DNA from: Eledone cirrhosa
Taxonomy: Eukaryota
NCBI GenBank assembly: GCA_964016885.1
Contig: OZ024752.1
Location: 38,936,001 to 39,000,000 of the forward strand
Direction of reading: 5' to 3'
DNA length: 64,000 nt
Shown piece after piece: positions 1 through 11,831 of this stretch (its first letter is position 1; each line of letters opens with the position of its first letter). The translations under genes and the position numbers were made by a program. The notes under the pieces are model-generated. The model was given only the letters and a program-made list of their open reading frames with translations, had not been told where the DNA came from and searched no databases.

Positions 1-655
1 TTACAGCTGGCTTGAACAGAAAGAGGTGAGAGAATTCTGGCCAGATATGGCCGGTTACAGCTGGCTTGAACAGAAAGAGGTGAGAGAATTCTGGCCGGAT
101 ATGGCCGGTTACAGCTGGCTTGAACAGAAAGAGGTGAGAGAATTCTGGCCGGATATGGCCGGTTACAGCTGGCTTGAACAGAAAGAGGTGAGAGAATTCT
201 GGCCAGATATGGCCGGTTACAGCTGGCTTGAACAGAAAGAGGTGAGAGAATTCTGGCCGGATATGGCCGGTTACAGCTGGCTTGAACAGAAAGAGGTGAG
301 AGAATTCTGGCCGGATATGGCCGGTTACAGCTGGCTTGAACAGAAAGAGGTGAGAGAATTCTGGCCGGATATGGCCGGTTACAGCTGGCTTGAACAGAAA
401 GAGGTGAGAGAATTCTGGCCAGATATGGCCGGTTACAGCTGGCTTGAACAGAAAGAGGTGAGAGAATTCTGGCCGGATATGGCCGGTTACAGCTGGCTTG
501 AACAGAAAGAGGTGAGAGAATTCTGGCCGGATATGGCCGGTTACAGCTGGCTTGAACAGAAAGAGGTGAGAGAATTCTGGCTGGATATGGCCGGTTACAG
601 CTGGCTTGAACAGAAAGAGGTGAGAGAATTCTGGCCGGATATTGCTGGTTTAAAT
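1..655. repeat. 54-bp tandem repeat (~12 copies, runs off window start) amplified from the internal part of the piggyBac-type MITE family
   Basis: Unit TTACAGCTGGCTTGAACAGAAAGAGGTGAGAGAATTCTGGCCGGATATGGCCGG recurs at 1, 55, 109 and onward. The same sequence occurs once inside MITE copies (e.g. 62479-62530). Confidence 0.95.
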
Positions 656-956
656 GTTAAATGGTTAATGTAAAGTTCTTATATAAAATTATGTTGGAAG
701 ATTTTAATTTAAATTGGAAACCTTTAAAATTGGTGCCTTTATTTCATAATACCAGAGCCGAATTTGGCCGGGCTGGTAACTAAAGGGCTAAATATTAGTG
801 TGTCATAGTTTGCTTGAAGCATTGTATAAAGTGTATCATATGGTGTTTTATTAGAAACTACCTTCATAGTCACCCTATGAACCTTTTAGCTAGCCCTCAT
901 ATATATGATATTGGGATAAATTTAATGCTTTCTCTTTTATTTCTTTCTGTTCTTAG

Positions 957-1076
957 GTTTAAACCAAATAAACTTGATTGGTCGGATTGGACGAGATGCA
1001 GAAGCTCGTGGCTCAGAAAGCCATCCTGTGATTATATTGTCGTTAGCAACAAGTTTTGTCTATGTTAAAGCCTCTG
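957..1076 (+). CDS. SSBP1: Mitochondrial single-stranded DNA-binding protein, internal exon (upstream exons outside window)
   Basis: TTAG|...|GTAAG splice sites; translates xLNQINLIGRIGRDAEARGSESHPVIILSLATSFVYVKAS(G), matching the OB-fold start of mtSSB (LNRVHLLGRVG..FSLAT). Confidence 0.93.
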
Positions 1077-1489
1077 GTAAGTGAATTAACCTTTTTAGCA
1101 TTTACATTATTCTATATATACTATATTATTTTTGTGGTAAAGGCTTTACCTAACATAATATCTCATATGATATCGAATCTATGAGATTTTGATAGTATTT
1201 ATTTTAAGAACAATACCTTAACATCAGTATGAGTGGCCAGATTTTGCTGGTTTGAACAGAAAGAGGTGAAAGAATTCTGAACGGATATGGCTGGTTTAAA
1301 TCTCATCCATTTGGAGACTATAATTTAACATAACAAGTGGCAGATTTAAAGATAAAAGGGAGTGAAATTATTTGTGTTTCTAGGGCATTTTTAAACCTGA
1401 CAGAGCCCGTCTTCTCTCCACGTTAATACTTTTTGTTATATTGTTATTTAGTCAAGATTTTATCACACACACAAACATCCCTTCCCTTC

Positions 1490-1760
1490 TCTTGATGTGT
1501 TGTTTCCTTGAGCAAGACACTTTATTTCACATTGCTCCAGTTTACTCAGCTGTAGAAATGAGATGATAGGGACTGGTGTCCCTATCATTCCACTGCAAAG
1601 TGGTCGTTGAGGTACCACGGCAAAAAAGCACCAGCACTCACTGTAAATGAGGTTGGTGTTAGGAAGGGCATCCAGCTGTAGAAATCAAGCCAAAATCAGT
1701 TCCCGTCCCACCCTTGCAAGCAGGGAAAAGCGGACGTAAAATGATGATGATGATGATGAT
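1490..1760 (+). mobile_element. 5'-truncated copy of long tRNA-derived SINE (family B)
   Basis: Near-identical to the body and tail of 18293-18630 (CCTTGAGCAAGACACTT...GGTTGGTGTTAGGAAGGGCATCCAGC...(ATG)n tail). Confidence 0.85.
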
Positions 1761-1794
1761 ATTGTTATTTATACTGTGTGTATTGTTATTTAGT

Positions 1795-2052
1795 GAAGGT
1801 GTGTGGCTGAGTGGTTAGAGAATTCGATCTGCAGTCATGGGGTTGTGAGTTTGATTCCCGGACTGGGCGATGCGGTATGTCCTTGAGCAAGACACTTTAT
1901 TTCACGCTGCTCCTTCTGCCTGGATTTGCGACTGACAGATAGTATTAGCAATTCGAAAGACCCATGGAAACATTGTTTCCTCGGTCCGATTTGACGAGCT
2001 CCACCCACTCGTTAAGCAAATGACGTCTGGAATCTTGTCAATCGACTCTCGG
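1795..2052 (+). mobile_element. tRNA-derived SINE with CORE-like domain (family A)
   Basis: A-box TGGCTGAGTGG, B-box-like GTTTGATTCCC, then TGTCCTTGAGCAAGACACTT; a second copy lies at 22574-22790 and a tail fragment at ~31735-31850 (-). Confidence 0.8.
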
Positions 2053-2192
2053 TTGTTATTTATGTTATTTATGTTGTTAATTATCTTTATATACTCTTTT
2101 ACTCTCTTTTACCTGTTCCAGCCATCCGGCTGAGGCCATGCTGGGGCACTGCCCTTATGTTATTTATATTATTATTTATATTTATGTTATAG

Positions 2193-2280
2193 GAGAAACC
2201 ATATCTAGAACTGACTGGCACCGTATCAGTGTATTTAAAACTGGACTTAGAGACAAAGTTGCTGCTTTTATAAAAAAAGG
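2193..2280 (+). CDS. SSBP1: SSBP1 internal exon
   Basis: TAG|...|GTAAG; GETISRTDWHRISVFKTGLRDKVAAFIKKG contains the conserved WHRISVF..GLRD motif; phase is compatible with its neighbours. Confidence 0.95.
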
Positions 2281-2488
2281 GTAAGTTGTCTCATTCAAGT
2301 CTTCTGTAATTATTTTATAACATTTCTAAACCCAACCAAGTAAGAGAAGGGATGTTTGTGTGTGTGTGATAAAATTTTGACTAACATAATTTTAGAAATT
2401 TTCCATCTTGTTTTTCCTATTTGCAGTTTTTTACTTTTTCTGTATCATTCATTGAATGTAAGTCATCCTCATTATTATCACCATCGTT

Positions 2489-2712
2489 GAGGGTGGTGGA
2501 TTGGCAGTATCAGTAAGGGGTCGGGCGCCATGCTTTGCAGCATAGAGTTATGGTCCTTTATGATCTGAGTTCAAATCCCGCCGAGGTTAACTTTGCCTTT
2601 CATCCTTACAGGGTCGATAAAATAAAGTACCAGTAATGCACTGGGGTTGACTTAATCGACTTTCCTCTCCCCCAAATTACTGGCCTTGTGCCTATACTAG
2701 AAATCATTATCA
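2489..2712 (+). mobile_element. SINE family C (Meta-SINE-like central domain)
   Basis: GTTCAAATCC B-box then AACTTTGCCTTTCATCCTTACGGGGTCGATAAAATAAAGTACCAG. Further copies at ~12720-12870(-), 23245-23390(-), 29061-29160, 29388-29590, 48060-48280(-), 48297-48483(-), 48505-48726(-) and 51182-51365. Confidence 0.85.
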
Positions 2713-3258
2713 TCACCATTGTTTAATGTTCATTTAATTTTTCCATGCTTGCATGGGTTAGACAGGATGTCCTGTTGTGAGACAAGTTATGTCAGATAAT
2801 CATGTCTTGCTCCTACAGAACTGTTTCCGGCTTGATTTCTACAGATGGATGCCTTTCCTAACACCAACTACAATTACAGCATAGATTGGGTGCTTTTTAA
2901 TAATCTATTGAAAGCTGCATATAGGCACCCTACTGAGTATTCAGATAGGCCAGTGACCCATGACTCTCTTATATACGATTCTGCACACTACTGAGTGCAT
3001 TTTATCAAGACAACCTCTCTAGCGTTGATGTCATGATAAAATGGCTGATCACTAGCTCCAAAATCTACTGATCTATGTTTGCAAAAAAATGGTGGGATCA
3101 AGTCTATCTAGTCCAAACACTTACAACAGAGTGAAGTCTGCATACAAGGGTCAGATAGTGTTGTTAAATCAGGCTGTATGTAAGGCCTGCTCTCATAATC
3201 CTTTTTTTTTACACAGATATTTGCATGTCTTTCCAATAACTTCTTTTCTTCATTTTAG

Positions 3259-3347
3259 AGATCGTGTGTTTGTGAGTGGAACTCTTCAGTATAATGAGTA
3301 CTGGGATGCAGGCAATGTATTACAGAAGTCTACTACAATCATTGCAA
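3259..3347 (+). CDS. SSBP1: SSBP1 internal exon
   Basis: TTAG|...|GTAAG; DRVFVSGTLQYNEYWDAGNVLQKSTTIIA matches mtSSB ..TTIIA; phase compatible. Confidence 0.93.
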
Positions 3348-3476
3348 GTAAGTATGGACATTGTTTTATTGTTGCTGAACATGTAAGAACTACAGTTAGC
3401 CATATTTATAGTGTTCCTGGTCAAAAGCCCTGTTTCATAACCCATCAGTTTTATTGTGCAGTATTCATAGCCTTAA

Positions 3477-3744
3477 CCCTTTAGCATTTAAACTGGCCGC
3501 ATCCGGCCAGAATTCTCTCACCACTTTCTATTTAAACTGGCTGTAACCAGCTGCTCATACTTGTGTTAAGGTATTGTTCTCAAAAGGAATAATATCAAAA
3601 TCTCGGAGATTCAATATTATGTGAGATAAAGTGTTTACTGTGAAAATACAATAGTAAATATAGAGTAATGTAAATGTTATGTGAGATAAAGTGTTTACTG
3701 TGAAAATACAATAGTAAATATAGAGTAATGTGAATGCTAAAGGG
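3477..3744. mobile_element. piggyBac-type MITE with internal 60-bp duplication
   Basis: TTAA|CCCTTTAGCATT...AATGCTAAAGGG|TTAA termini. Other copies at ~1090-1300, 5965-6138, 49471-49677, 53567-53773, 53810-54011, 61752-61949, 62326-62548 and 63495-63713. Confidence 0.9.
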
Positions 3745-3784
3745 TTAAATGACTTAATTTTTATTCCACATATCTGCATACAAG

Positions 3785-3950
3785 CAGGCTGACAGGATGG
3801 CGACTATGTTGTCCTGGAGGACGGTGAAGGAGATGCGCTGGATTGGCCACCCCACCTCGTGGGGTTCACACCTGTGGGCAGCCAACTCCGCTCCGATAGC
3901 AATGAGCAGGGATGTGGTGCAGGAACCAAGAACACCAAAAGTCTCCACTG
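3785..3950 (-). mobile_element. 3' fragment of a REL-endonuclease non-LTR retrotransposon (CRE-like)
   Basis: ETFGVLGSCTTSLLIAIGAEL...IQRISFTVLQDN resembles the ETxGxxG...QRxSxxxQRGN C-terminus of this group; paralogous to 9600-9790. Confidence 0.6.
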
Positions 3951-4007
3951 CTTCAACTAGTCTAAAAAGTCATTCACTCAATTGCTAGTGCCACAGTAAA
4001 GATACTT

Positions 4008-4213
4008 GCCATATATACTCAAATATAAGCTGAGGAATATGTGACCAAAAGATCAATGTTAAAATAAGGGATCAGCTTATATTGAGGGTCAATATCTATG
4101 TGTTGATTAGCTGCCTCAGCTTATAAACAGGGTTTAGATTTTTGCCCCTTTCTCAGATATAATATAGCGGGTTGGCTTATATTCGGATCAACTTATGGTC
4201 GAGTATGTACAGT
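4008..4213. mobile_element. Tc2/pogo-like MITE
   Basis: Termini related to TACCGTATATACTCGAATATAAG; related copies at ~6597-6680, 13170-13290 and 56079-56280. Confidence 0.6.
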
Positions 4214-4365
4214 AATTCTATAGAACAGCCATGCAGCTATAAAAACCTTGTCCAGACTATTATACAACAAAAAGAAACCCAATAGCCCTTGTTTTGAGAA
4301 AGCATTTAATTTATTCTGTGCTAATTTTCCCCTCTTTTAAAATGGTTTTATTATTTAAATTTCAG

Positions 4366-4424
4366 ATGATATGATAAATTTAACCAAGAAATATCTGAAA
4401 GATGAGGAAGAACAGGATATGTGA
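4366..4424 (+). CDS. SSBP1: SSBP1 terminal coding exon
   Basis: TTTCAG|; (N)DMINLTKKYLKDEEEQDM* gives an acidic C-terminal tail; AATAAA signals follow at ~4577 and ~4684. Confidence 0.85.
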
Positions 4425-5000
4425 TTTTAAAATGTGGACTTTGATTTATTACAAAAATTAGAATCATGTGCCTTAGCAAAACTTTTATAAGAGACTGCAG
4501 TATTTGGTAAACTTTGATTAACCACAAGTACCAACATTAACACTGATGAGAAAAGTAACACCAGTTTAAGAAGAAGAATAAAAATTATGAGTTTTATAAT
4601 TTCTTTATTTGGTACTAACCTAGAAAGGACTTATCTTCATTTGAAATGAGGTTAACAATTACTTAAAAGAAATATTGGATTAAAATAAATAAAAATATGA
4701 TGGTATCTGGTTAGGTAGATCACTTCCTACCATAGTGTCCCCTGCACAACCATACTATATTTGCTGCTCTCGCCTCTATAATCTAATAACAACAATAATA
4801 ATAATAATTTCTACTATAAGCTCAAGGCCAGCAATTTGGGGAGAGGGGAAAGTCAATTAAATCGACCCTAGTACATTACCGGTACCTTATTTTATCAAAT
4901 CCGTAAGGATGAAATAAAGTACTAGTAATGTACTGGGATTGATTTAATCGACTTTTCTTTCCCCCGCTCCCCAAATTGCTGGCCTTGTGCCTATAGTAGA

Positions 5001-5040
<40 letters not shown>

Positions 5041-5747
5041 TTCCTGGTGATGGAAGCTATACAACAAAACCAGGAAGTGTTTGTAAGATATTAGTTAACA
5101 ACTTAAACTATAGTCACAAAATCTAGTTTCTAGCATCGGTGTTTAATTCCTGTAAACTGCAGTTTAATACAAGTTAACCTGTGTTTGAATGAGTTGTTTC
5201 CTTAATCAAACTGATGAATCCTCATCATTATCATCATTTTATGTCCATTGTTCCAAGCTTGCATAAGTTGGATGGGTCCTCAGTACAGCATCTTTTCAAC
5301 TTGTCATGTTCCTTTGTCTCCGCCAAGAGCTTTAGTGGTCTTCCTCTGCTGTGGCCTCTCTCCACAAGGATGAAGGAAAATGTATTTAACACATGGACAT
5401 TAAGTTTTACCTTTTGTTACAATATTTCTAATGAAATATTTGTATTTTAATTAGTTAATGAGGAAGGATTTACTAAAATTATAATTTCATTAAGAGGATA
5501 TTTGTGACATATCAAATGTTCTTTTATTAAATTGTCAGGTTTTAATTTTAGTTAAATCAGTTGATAAAACTGTTTTGATGTGTTGTTTCCAGATATCTTT
5601 TGACTCCCAGTAAACAATCCACATTTATCTATACTTCCTACTCAGGCAAAAAGCCACAAGTACTGTGGGGCGAAGTTGAACTGTTTTAGAAGATACGTTG
5701 CTGATCTCTCAGACTTTAAGTGCTGAGAATATAAAGTTAATAAAGAA

Positions 5748-6270
5748 TGGTGTGCTCATGTACCGAGATGCTATAAAATAGGGTGAAGACTCTTAAAAAT
5801 CGGAAAAAGAAGTTGTCATCGGCTGCTTTGAAGTATTGAACCCTATATCTCACATACTTTATTTACATACGGATGTCTGTCAGTCTGTCTGTTGACATCT
5901 GAAAGCTGTTATTCAGCTGTCTGTTTAAAAATATGGTAAAGTGTTGTTACAGTCCCTTAGCTTGACCCTTTAGCCAGAATTCTCTCACCGCTTTCTCTTC
6001 AAACTGGTTGTAACCGGCTGCTCATACCGATGTTAAGGTACTGTTCCCAAAATAAATAACATCAAAATCTCATAGGTTCGATATTATGCGAGATAAAGTG
6101 TTTATTGTAAAAGTTCAATAGTAAATATAGAGTAATGATTAAAAGTACCTAGCCAGTATCTGAGAGATATGGAGTTTAATTCCTCATAGCAGCCAATGGC
6201 AACTTCTTTTTCCATCTTTTAAGGGTCTTCACCCTATATACACCTATCTCTGCAACATGAGCACATCATC
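5748..6270. mobile_element. Fold-back element with ~110-bp imperfect inverted arms and a nested piggyBac MITE fragment
   Basis: 5748-5858 (GTGCTCATG...GGGTGAAGACTCTTAAAAA...ATATCTCACATACT) is the imperfect reverse complement of 6155-6270. Confidence 0.75.
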
Positions 6271-6764
6271 CTTTGTGTAAACTGTTGTACTTGTTTTATA
6301 TACTCTACTTACTCCTTTCCAATCAATAAATAATCCCACAAACTATAAACTGGGATTTTTAAATCTGAAGCCTCACTATTGTAAAATGCCATGTTAATTT
6401 TATTAGTGTATAAAATACTTTGTAAATTCATTATCATGCACAATCAAATATCAATCTTTAATTGACAATAAAACCTTTTTTGAAAAATTAACCTCCATGT
6501 CTGAATTTTTCTATCACATGATGATGCCTCTAGGATCACTGACCTAGGATGACTCCAGTCTCGTCGAGCAAGAGCAAGAAGAAAAATATTTGAATTACCG
6601 TATATACTCGAATATAAGTCCACCCCACTATTTTATGTCTGAGAAACAGGCAAAAATTCAAACAAACCATGTTTTACTAAATCCCTTCAAATTAAACAAA
6701 AAATGATTTATATTTGCAATAGTTTTAATCATTGGATGTAAACCCCAGATTATATTTCTTCACC

Positions 6765-7210
6765 CACTTATTCCTGAGAGGGTTGTGGGGATAGATTCCT
6801 CAGGTGGTACTTCCAGCAGGTCCTCTCAGCAGCAACTGTCTCCAATTGATCTGGCTGGATCCCCAAACATGATCAGCTGAGCTTATGGATGTTATCCAAC
6901 CATCTGGTTCAGGGTCTCCTATCAGTTGGTTTTACCCATAAAATCTGCCCAGTGATTCTCTCCTGAGACATTCTAACCACATGCCCATAGTATCGGAGCT
7001 GTGATCTCTCAATTTGGTGAAGTAGCGGCTCTACCTAGAGCAACTCTCTGATCCCCGAGCTACACAGTCTATTGAGTAACGTTACTCCAAAGACCCTTCA
7101 GAGGAACCCCATTTTGGCCACTTGTATTTGCGATTGTATTCTTTCAATCATTACCCAAGATTCACGACCATAGGTAATCGTTGGCACGAATATTGAATTG
7201 AAGATATACA
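6765..7210 (-). mobile_element. 3' fragment of a LINE (probably RTE clade)
   Basis: GC-richer decayed coding sequence with a clear paralogous copy at ~57540-57820. Confidence 0.55.
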
Positions 7211-9599
7211 ACACAGAAAAATAAAACAGTTTTACGACAAAGGTAAGTTAATGTAAATTATTAGAAGAGAATAACATGAAATACATTTATTGAAAGAATT
7301 TTTTACTTTCTCTTTATTTGGAATTGGAAGACATTTTTTTTTTTTTTCAAAGCTCATAAAGAAACTGTTTAGGTGAAAATAAAAAAAGTGAAATAAACTG
7401 TCTCTATTTTGATATGACAGATGAATGTGAATGATTTATAAAATTGAAGATTGATTTTAGAATATGAATTAATAATATTGAACAATAATTGAGCAAAGAA
7501 AAACAATCATCAGTAACAACAACAACAAAAACCTCCAAAACATGCAACAACAAAAATCAAAATTCCGGAGAGAAATTGGAAAATGTTTAAGAATAAATAT
7601 TTTTTTGCAGCAAGGCTAGAGACATCTTGTTTCTCCAGATATTTATTTTTTTACCGTGTTATGTTGCATTTGTTACACCAAACTGAAAAATCGATTAGAG
7701 TTGGTATTCTTCTCCATTCTGATAACATTTTTAAAAAAACAAACACACGAAAAAAAAAAAATGGAAATTTTTTTAAAACAAATTTTCTCTCAAAATATTT
7801 TATATTTTAAAGATATTTTACAGTTTGCAATAGTACACAATCCCTGAATTAAACAATTAAAAATTATTTTAAAAAAAAGTTAGTTTCTCTTATTTCTCAT
7901 TTACCAATTTTCAGCAACATCCTTATCTGCATTTATCTATCTTATACCTCAAATTTGTTGTCTTATGTCTGAGAAGAGTAGAATTCCTTGTTTGAAGTTA
8001 CCAGCTGAACCAGTTTGGTATTTGAATACAGAATTGACATCTCCTATAATGTAAAATTTAAGCTGAACCTGCAAATTCCTTTAAGCTGTTGGATGTCCTG
8101 CAGTTAGTTCCTTTAACAGTACTTGTGTCCATGAGAAAGGCACGAACATCATATAATCTCATTTATATTCACTCTAAATTTATGCTAGAAGTAAGACATT
8201 TATTCATTCATTATTTAGGCCCAAATGCCTGCAACAGAGCTGGTATCAAAAGGTATCAAAAAAGCAAGGTAGTGGTGTTGATCTGGGAGACAGATTAAGC
8301 TGGCTGCAAGGATGTTTGAGCTTAGAATGCAAAGAGCCAGAACAAATACTCTAAGGTGATTTGTCTGATACTCTGACAATTCTACAAATCCACTGATCTG
8401 AATTGGAACTATATTTTATTGACTATGAAATGATAAAAGGAAAATTTGAGCTCGGATCACAGAGAGGCAGAACAAATACTACAAACAACACTGCTGATTC
8501 ACCACTTTAGTGATCTCATTGGATTGGAATGGACTCCATAAGACATCTAAATCAGTGCTCTGTACTTCTAAAAGTATCTCCAGATTATTGATCTTAACTT
8601 GTGGTACCGCACACTAACTTTCTTTTAAAACTTTATTTTGGGGGGCATCTAGTCACAGTCATTCAAAACTTGCCAAACAAAGGGATGGGAGGACTCTCCA
8701 GCTGTGCCATAGACATGAAAACCTCCCTACACAATAAATGATAACCCAGTACACTCCAGTAAGGCGGTTGATCCAAGTATATTGCTGGTACTTTATTTTA
8801 TCAACCCCTGTAAAAAGATGTAACTATATGCTGTAAAGCATGTTATTCAACGCTCTGCCAATCCACTTTTGATATTGAGGTTAAATATTAACAATATCGC
8901 CTCCTTTTATAAAGTTGGCTTTGAGTCACACAAACAAATCCTAATTATTAATGATAAAACTATTGGTGTTGTTCCTATCCCAATTACATCGTCAACAACC
9001 TTTGCCTTTTCCCTATTATTAACAGTAAAAATATGTTTAAAGATTTTATTAATTTCTAAACTAGAACAGTCAAACAGTTCTCAGGACATTATACTTTTGC
9101 GAGTCTATAATTAGTTCAAGTTCAAAGATCTTTGTTGAAATATTCAACACTATTTTGTGATTTTCGCAGTTGTTATTGTATCTGGTGTTGGTACTAAGCA
9201 GTTGTTGGTATTTACACAACATAATCAAATAATAAATGATAAGTAAGAAAGAAAACAGCACAGTTCCCATGACTTTTGGAAACATTTTTTCACGCTCAGA
9301 GTTGCTGAAGCATGAAACAAACTACCTGCATCAGTTGTTAGCTGTCGAGACACTGCATCCTTTAAGGCCTCCATGCTTCCCGAGATCCGCCAACACTACA
9401 GCTAACACATACACACATGTACTTCCCTGACATTTGTGTATTATTCTATGTACTATACATACACCTTTGGCGAATTGTAGTGCACCTGAGCACTTTACAC
9501 AATAATTTCATTATTATAAGTGATATAACATCAGCTGGTTGAATATGTATAATGTTATAATGTTAGAACAAGTATCCTCCACTTCTAACTAAATTACAC

Positions 9600-10035
9600 T
9601 CTGCCTTTTGGTCCCGGCTGATAAGATTGGAGAAGACATTACCCTGGAGTATGATGAAGGAGATGTACTGGAGCAACCACTCCGCCTTACAGGGCTTGCA
9701 CCAACAGGCAGCCAACTCTGCTCTGATAGCAGTGAGTAGGGATGTGGTCCGAGGGCCAAGAACGCTGGAAGTCTGTGCTGCTACAGGCTCTACCACAAAC
9801 CTATCAGAAAGCAGCTGATACTTGAACAGTTAGCCCTTTCCGGCTCGGCGGGCAGCAGAGCCTGGGCTGGTATCAAACACGGCAGGTTGCCATTGGAAAA
9901 GGTATTACAACATGTAACATTCCAGATAAGGGGCCTACCCCCGCAGAAAAGGAAGAATGTCATGTTATCTGGCCTTTTACCATCTCCTTGGTCCAGCCTC
10001 ACTGGCTCAAGATGGGAAGGGAAGCCTGCACCATT
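9600..10035 (-). mobile_element. Decayed CRE-like non-LTR retrotransposon, restriction-like endonuclease region
   Basis: PSHLEPVRLDQGDGKRPDNMTFF...LIWNVTC (cf. DGKRPDG...WDxT) then, after a frameshift, VLGPRTTSLL...LQYISFIILQGN. Confidence 0.7.
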
Positions 10036-10144
10036 TTGAGGAATGCTATAGTAGAATGGTAAATCTGCAAACAAGTTCACAGTCCAGTTTTGGTTAATAC
10101 TAGGAATCATTGCTAATGTTTTAGTTAAAAGCATGTATAATATA

Positions 10145-10367
10145 CTAGCGAAAGACCCCGTCATTGCTGGGCACACCCCCTCTCCTCAACACGGTCGTCT
10201 TTAAATAGCCCCAGAACTCTGCTATTTTAGGAGATAGCAAGAATAAAATTATATGTTGACATCCCCTGGGAGCTAAATAACCTATGAATCAAATTTGAAC
10301 AAAATCGGGTGGAAACTATGGAAATGCATCGCCTGCATACAAACATTTTCGTTTTTATATATATAGA
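10145..10367 (-). mobile_element. Non-autonomous Helitron
   Basis: Minus strand reads A|TCTATATATATAAAAACG...GACGGGGTCTTTCGCTAG|T: 5'-TC, 3'-CTAG, AT target and no TSD. A similar 5' end begins at ~55518 (+). Confidence 0.75.
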
Positions 10368-10867
10368 TAACTATTCAGTTCTCTTCTTTTCTTATATAAG
10401 ACATTCTTGTGTTAGCTTTTAGTGTCATTATCATTATAGGTTTTATTTATAAGTATAAAGATTATTTTAATGATATTAAGTTTATGCTATGTCAAAATTG
10501 CTCTAACCCCTCCCTTCACTTTTTAAAATATCACAGAATGTGATGAGCCAGTTATTATTTCAATTACTTTTATTTATAATGAATAAAAGGTAATGACAAA
10601 TAAAGAACTATTTTTAATAGTTCAAATGTATGTTGATTGCGAAAGAAATTTTAAAAAAATAATCTTAGAATCGTCATAATAATAATAAAAGAATTTGAAG
10701 AAAATATTGTTGCATTGCTGAAAATTATTTGAAAAAGGTAATAGGTAGCAGGTGTGGATAGACATTTTATTCCAGTTCTCTGCTTGTAAACAACTACTCT
10801 CGGCTTCCAAATAACAGGGGGCAGGGGTGGAATAAGCAGGGGGGTGGCGGTGGCTTGGGTTGGGTTG

Positions 10868-10904
<37 letters not shown>

Positions 10905-11617
10905 ATAATTTTTCTAGGTTGTCTCCCTTGATTTTTTTGAAAACCAGAATTAGTCGTTTAAGTGTAATTATTGAGACCCAAACCCATTCTATTTATTTTA
11001 TAACGTATAGGATTTCTTGTAATGTTTCTTTTTGTCATGTATGATGTTTTTTAATGTCTAAAGAAAATTAATTATCGCAGGAATGTGACCAGTTAAAATA
11101 AAACTTTGCTGGAGATAGAGTAGCAAAATTTAATAAGCAGGGTGGGGTTGGAAAAAAATCTGGAAAATTAATAATCCAGGTGGAAGGGGGCGATTATTCG
11201 AGACCCATGAGTAAATCAATCAGGTTTAAATATTTTATAACAAGTGGATAATAACAAAGACATTAAAAAAAAATTATAATTACAACAAAATATTTGTTAT
11301 GTTTGAACATTATTGGAACACATCTCAATTGTTCAAACATATGTATGTATGTAAAAATCTACACACACACGCACACACACACAACCCCCCCCCCCCCCCC
11401 CAAACAAACGAACAAAGTAGAACTTCTGTTAACATAAACAACCAGAAAATATACACATTTCATTATTTCATCCTACTTATTTGTCTGTTTATATACTCAA
11501 AGAGTTATTAAAATATACAAGGAAAAATATTTAAGAAAGAAAAACATGTTTTCTGAGCAATAACATAGAAAGTTTGGATAAATTTTTGAGAATTAGTCAG
11601 TGTATGATGTTTTAAAT

Positions 11618-11831
11618 CAGAGGTTCTCAAACTATTTTGGGCCACGTAATACCTTTGGCGCCCATCAACCCTATTTCCAGAGAAACCTGCCCACATGCAA
11701 ATTGTAAATAATACTTAATAAATAAATATTATATTTTTTTATTTTACTATATTTATATATAATATGTATCATTTGATATTTAATATACTATTATATCTAG
11801 GGGGCGGTAGCACCCACTTTGAGAACCTCTG
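11618..11831. mobile_element. hAT MITE
   Basis: TIR CAGAGGTTCTCAAA / TTTGAGAACCTCTG with 8-bp TSD TTTTAAAT. Confidence 0.9.

Noticed and set aside
26-673. 215-aa ORF of REFWPDMAGYSWLEQKEV repeats; also a superficially CRISPR-like array
   Set aside because: It is a 54-bp tandem repeat with no unique spacers, derived from a MITE, with a GTG start and an intronic location.
1795-1870. tRNA gene-like A/B boxes (also 18293 and 22574)
   Set aside because: They continue into SINE bodies and lack a complete cloverleaf, so they are SINE heads rather than tRNA genes.
3089-3484. 131-aa ORF
   Set aside because: Only 3259-3347 is a real SSBP1 exon; the rest is intron read-through.
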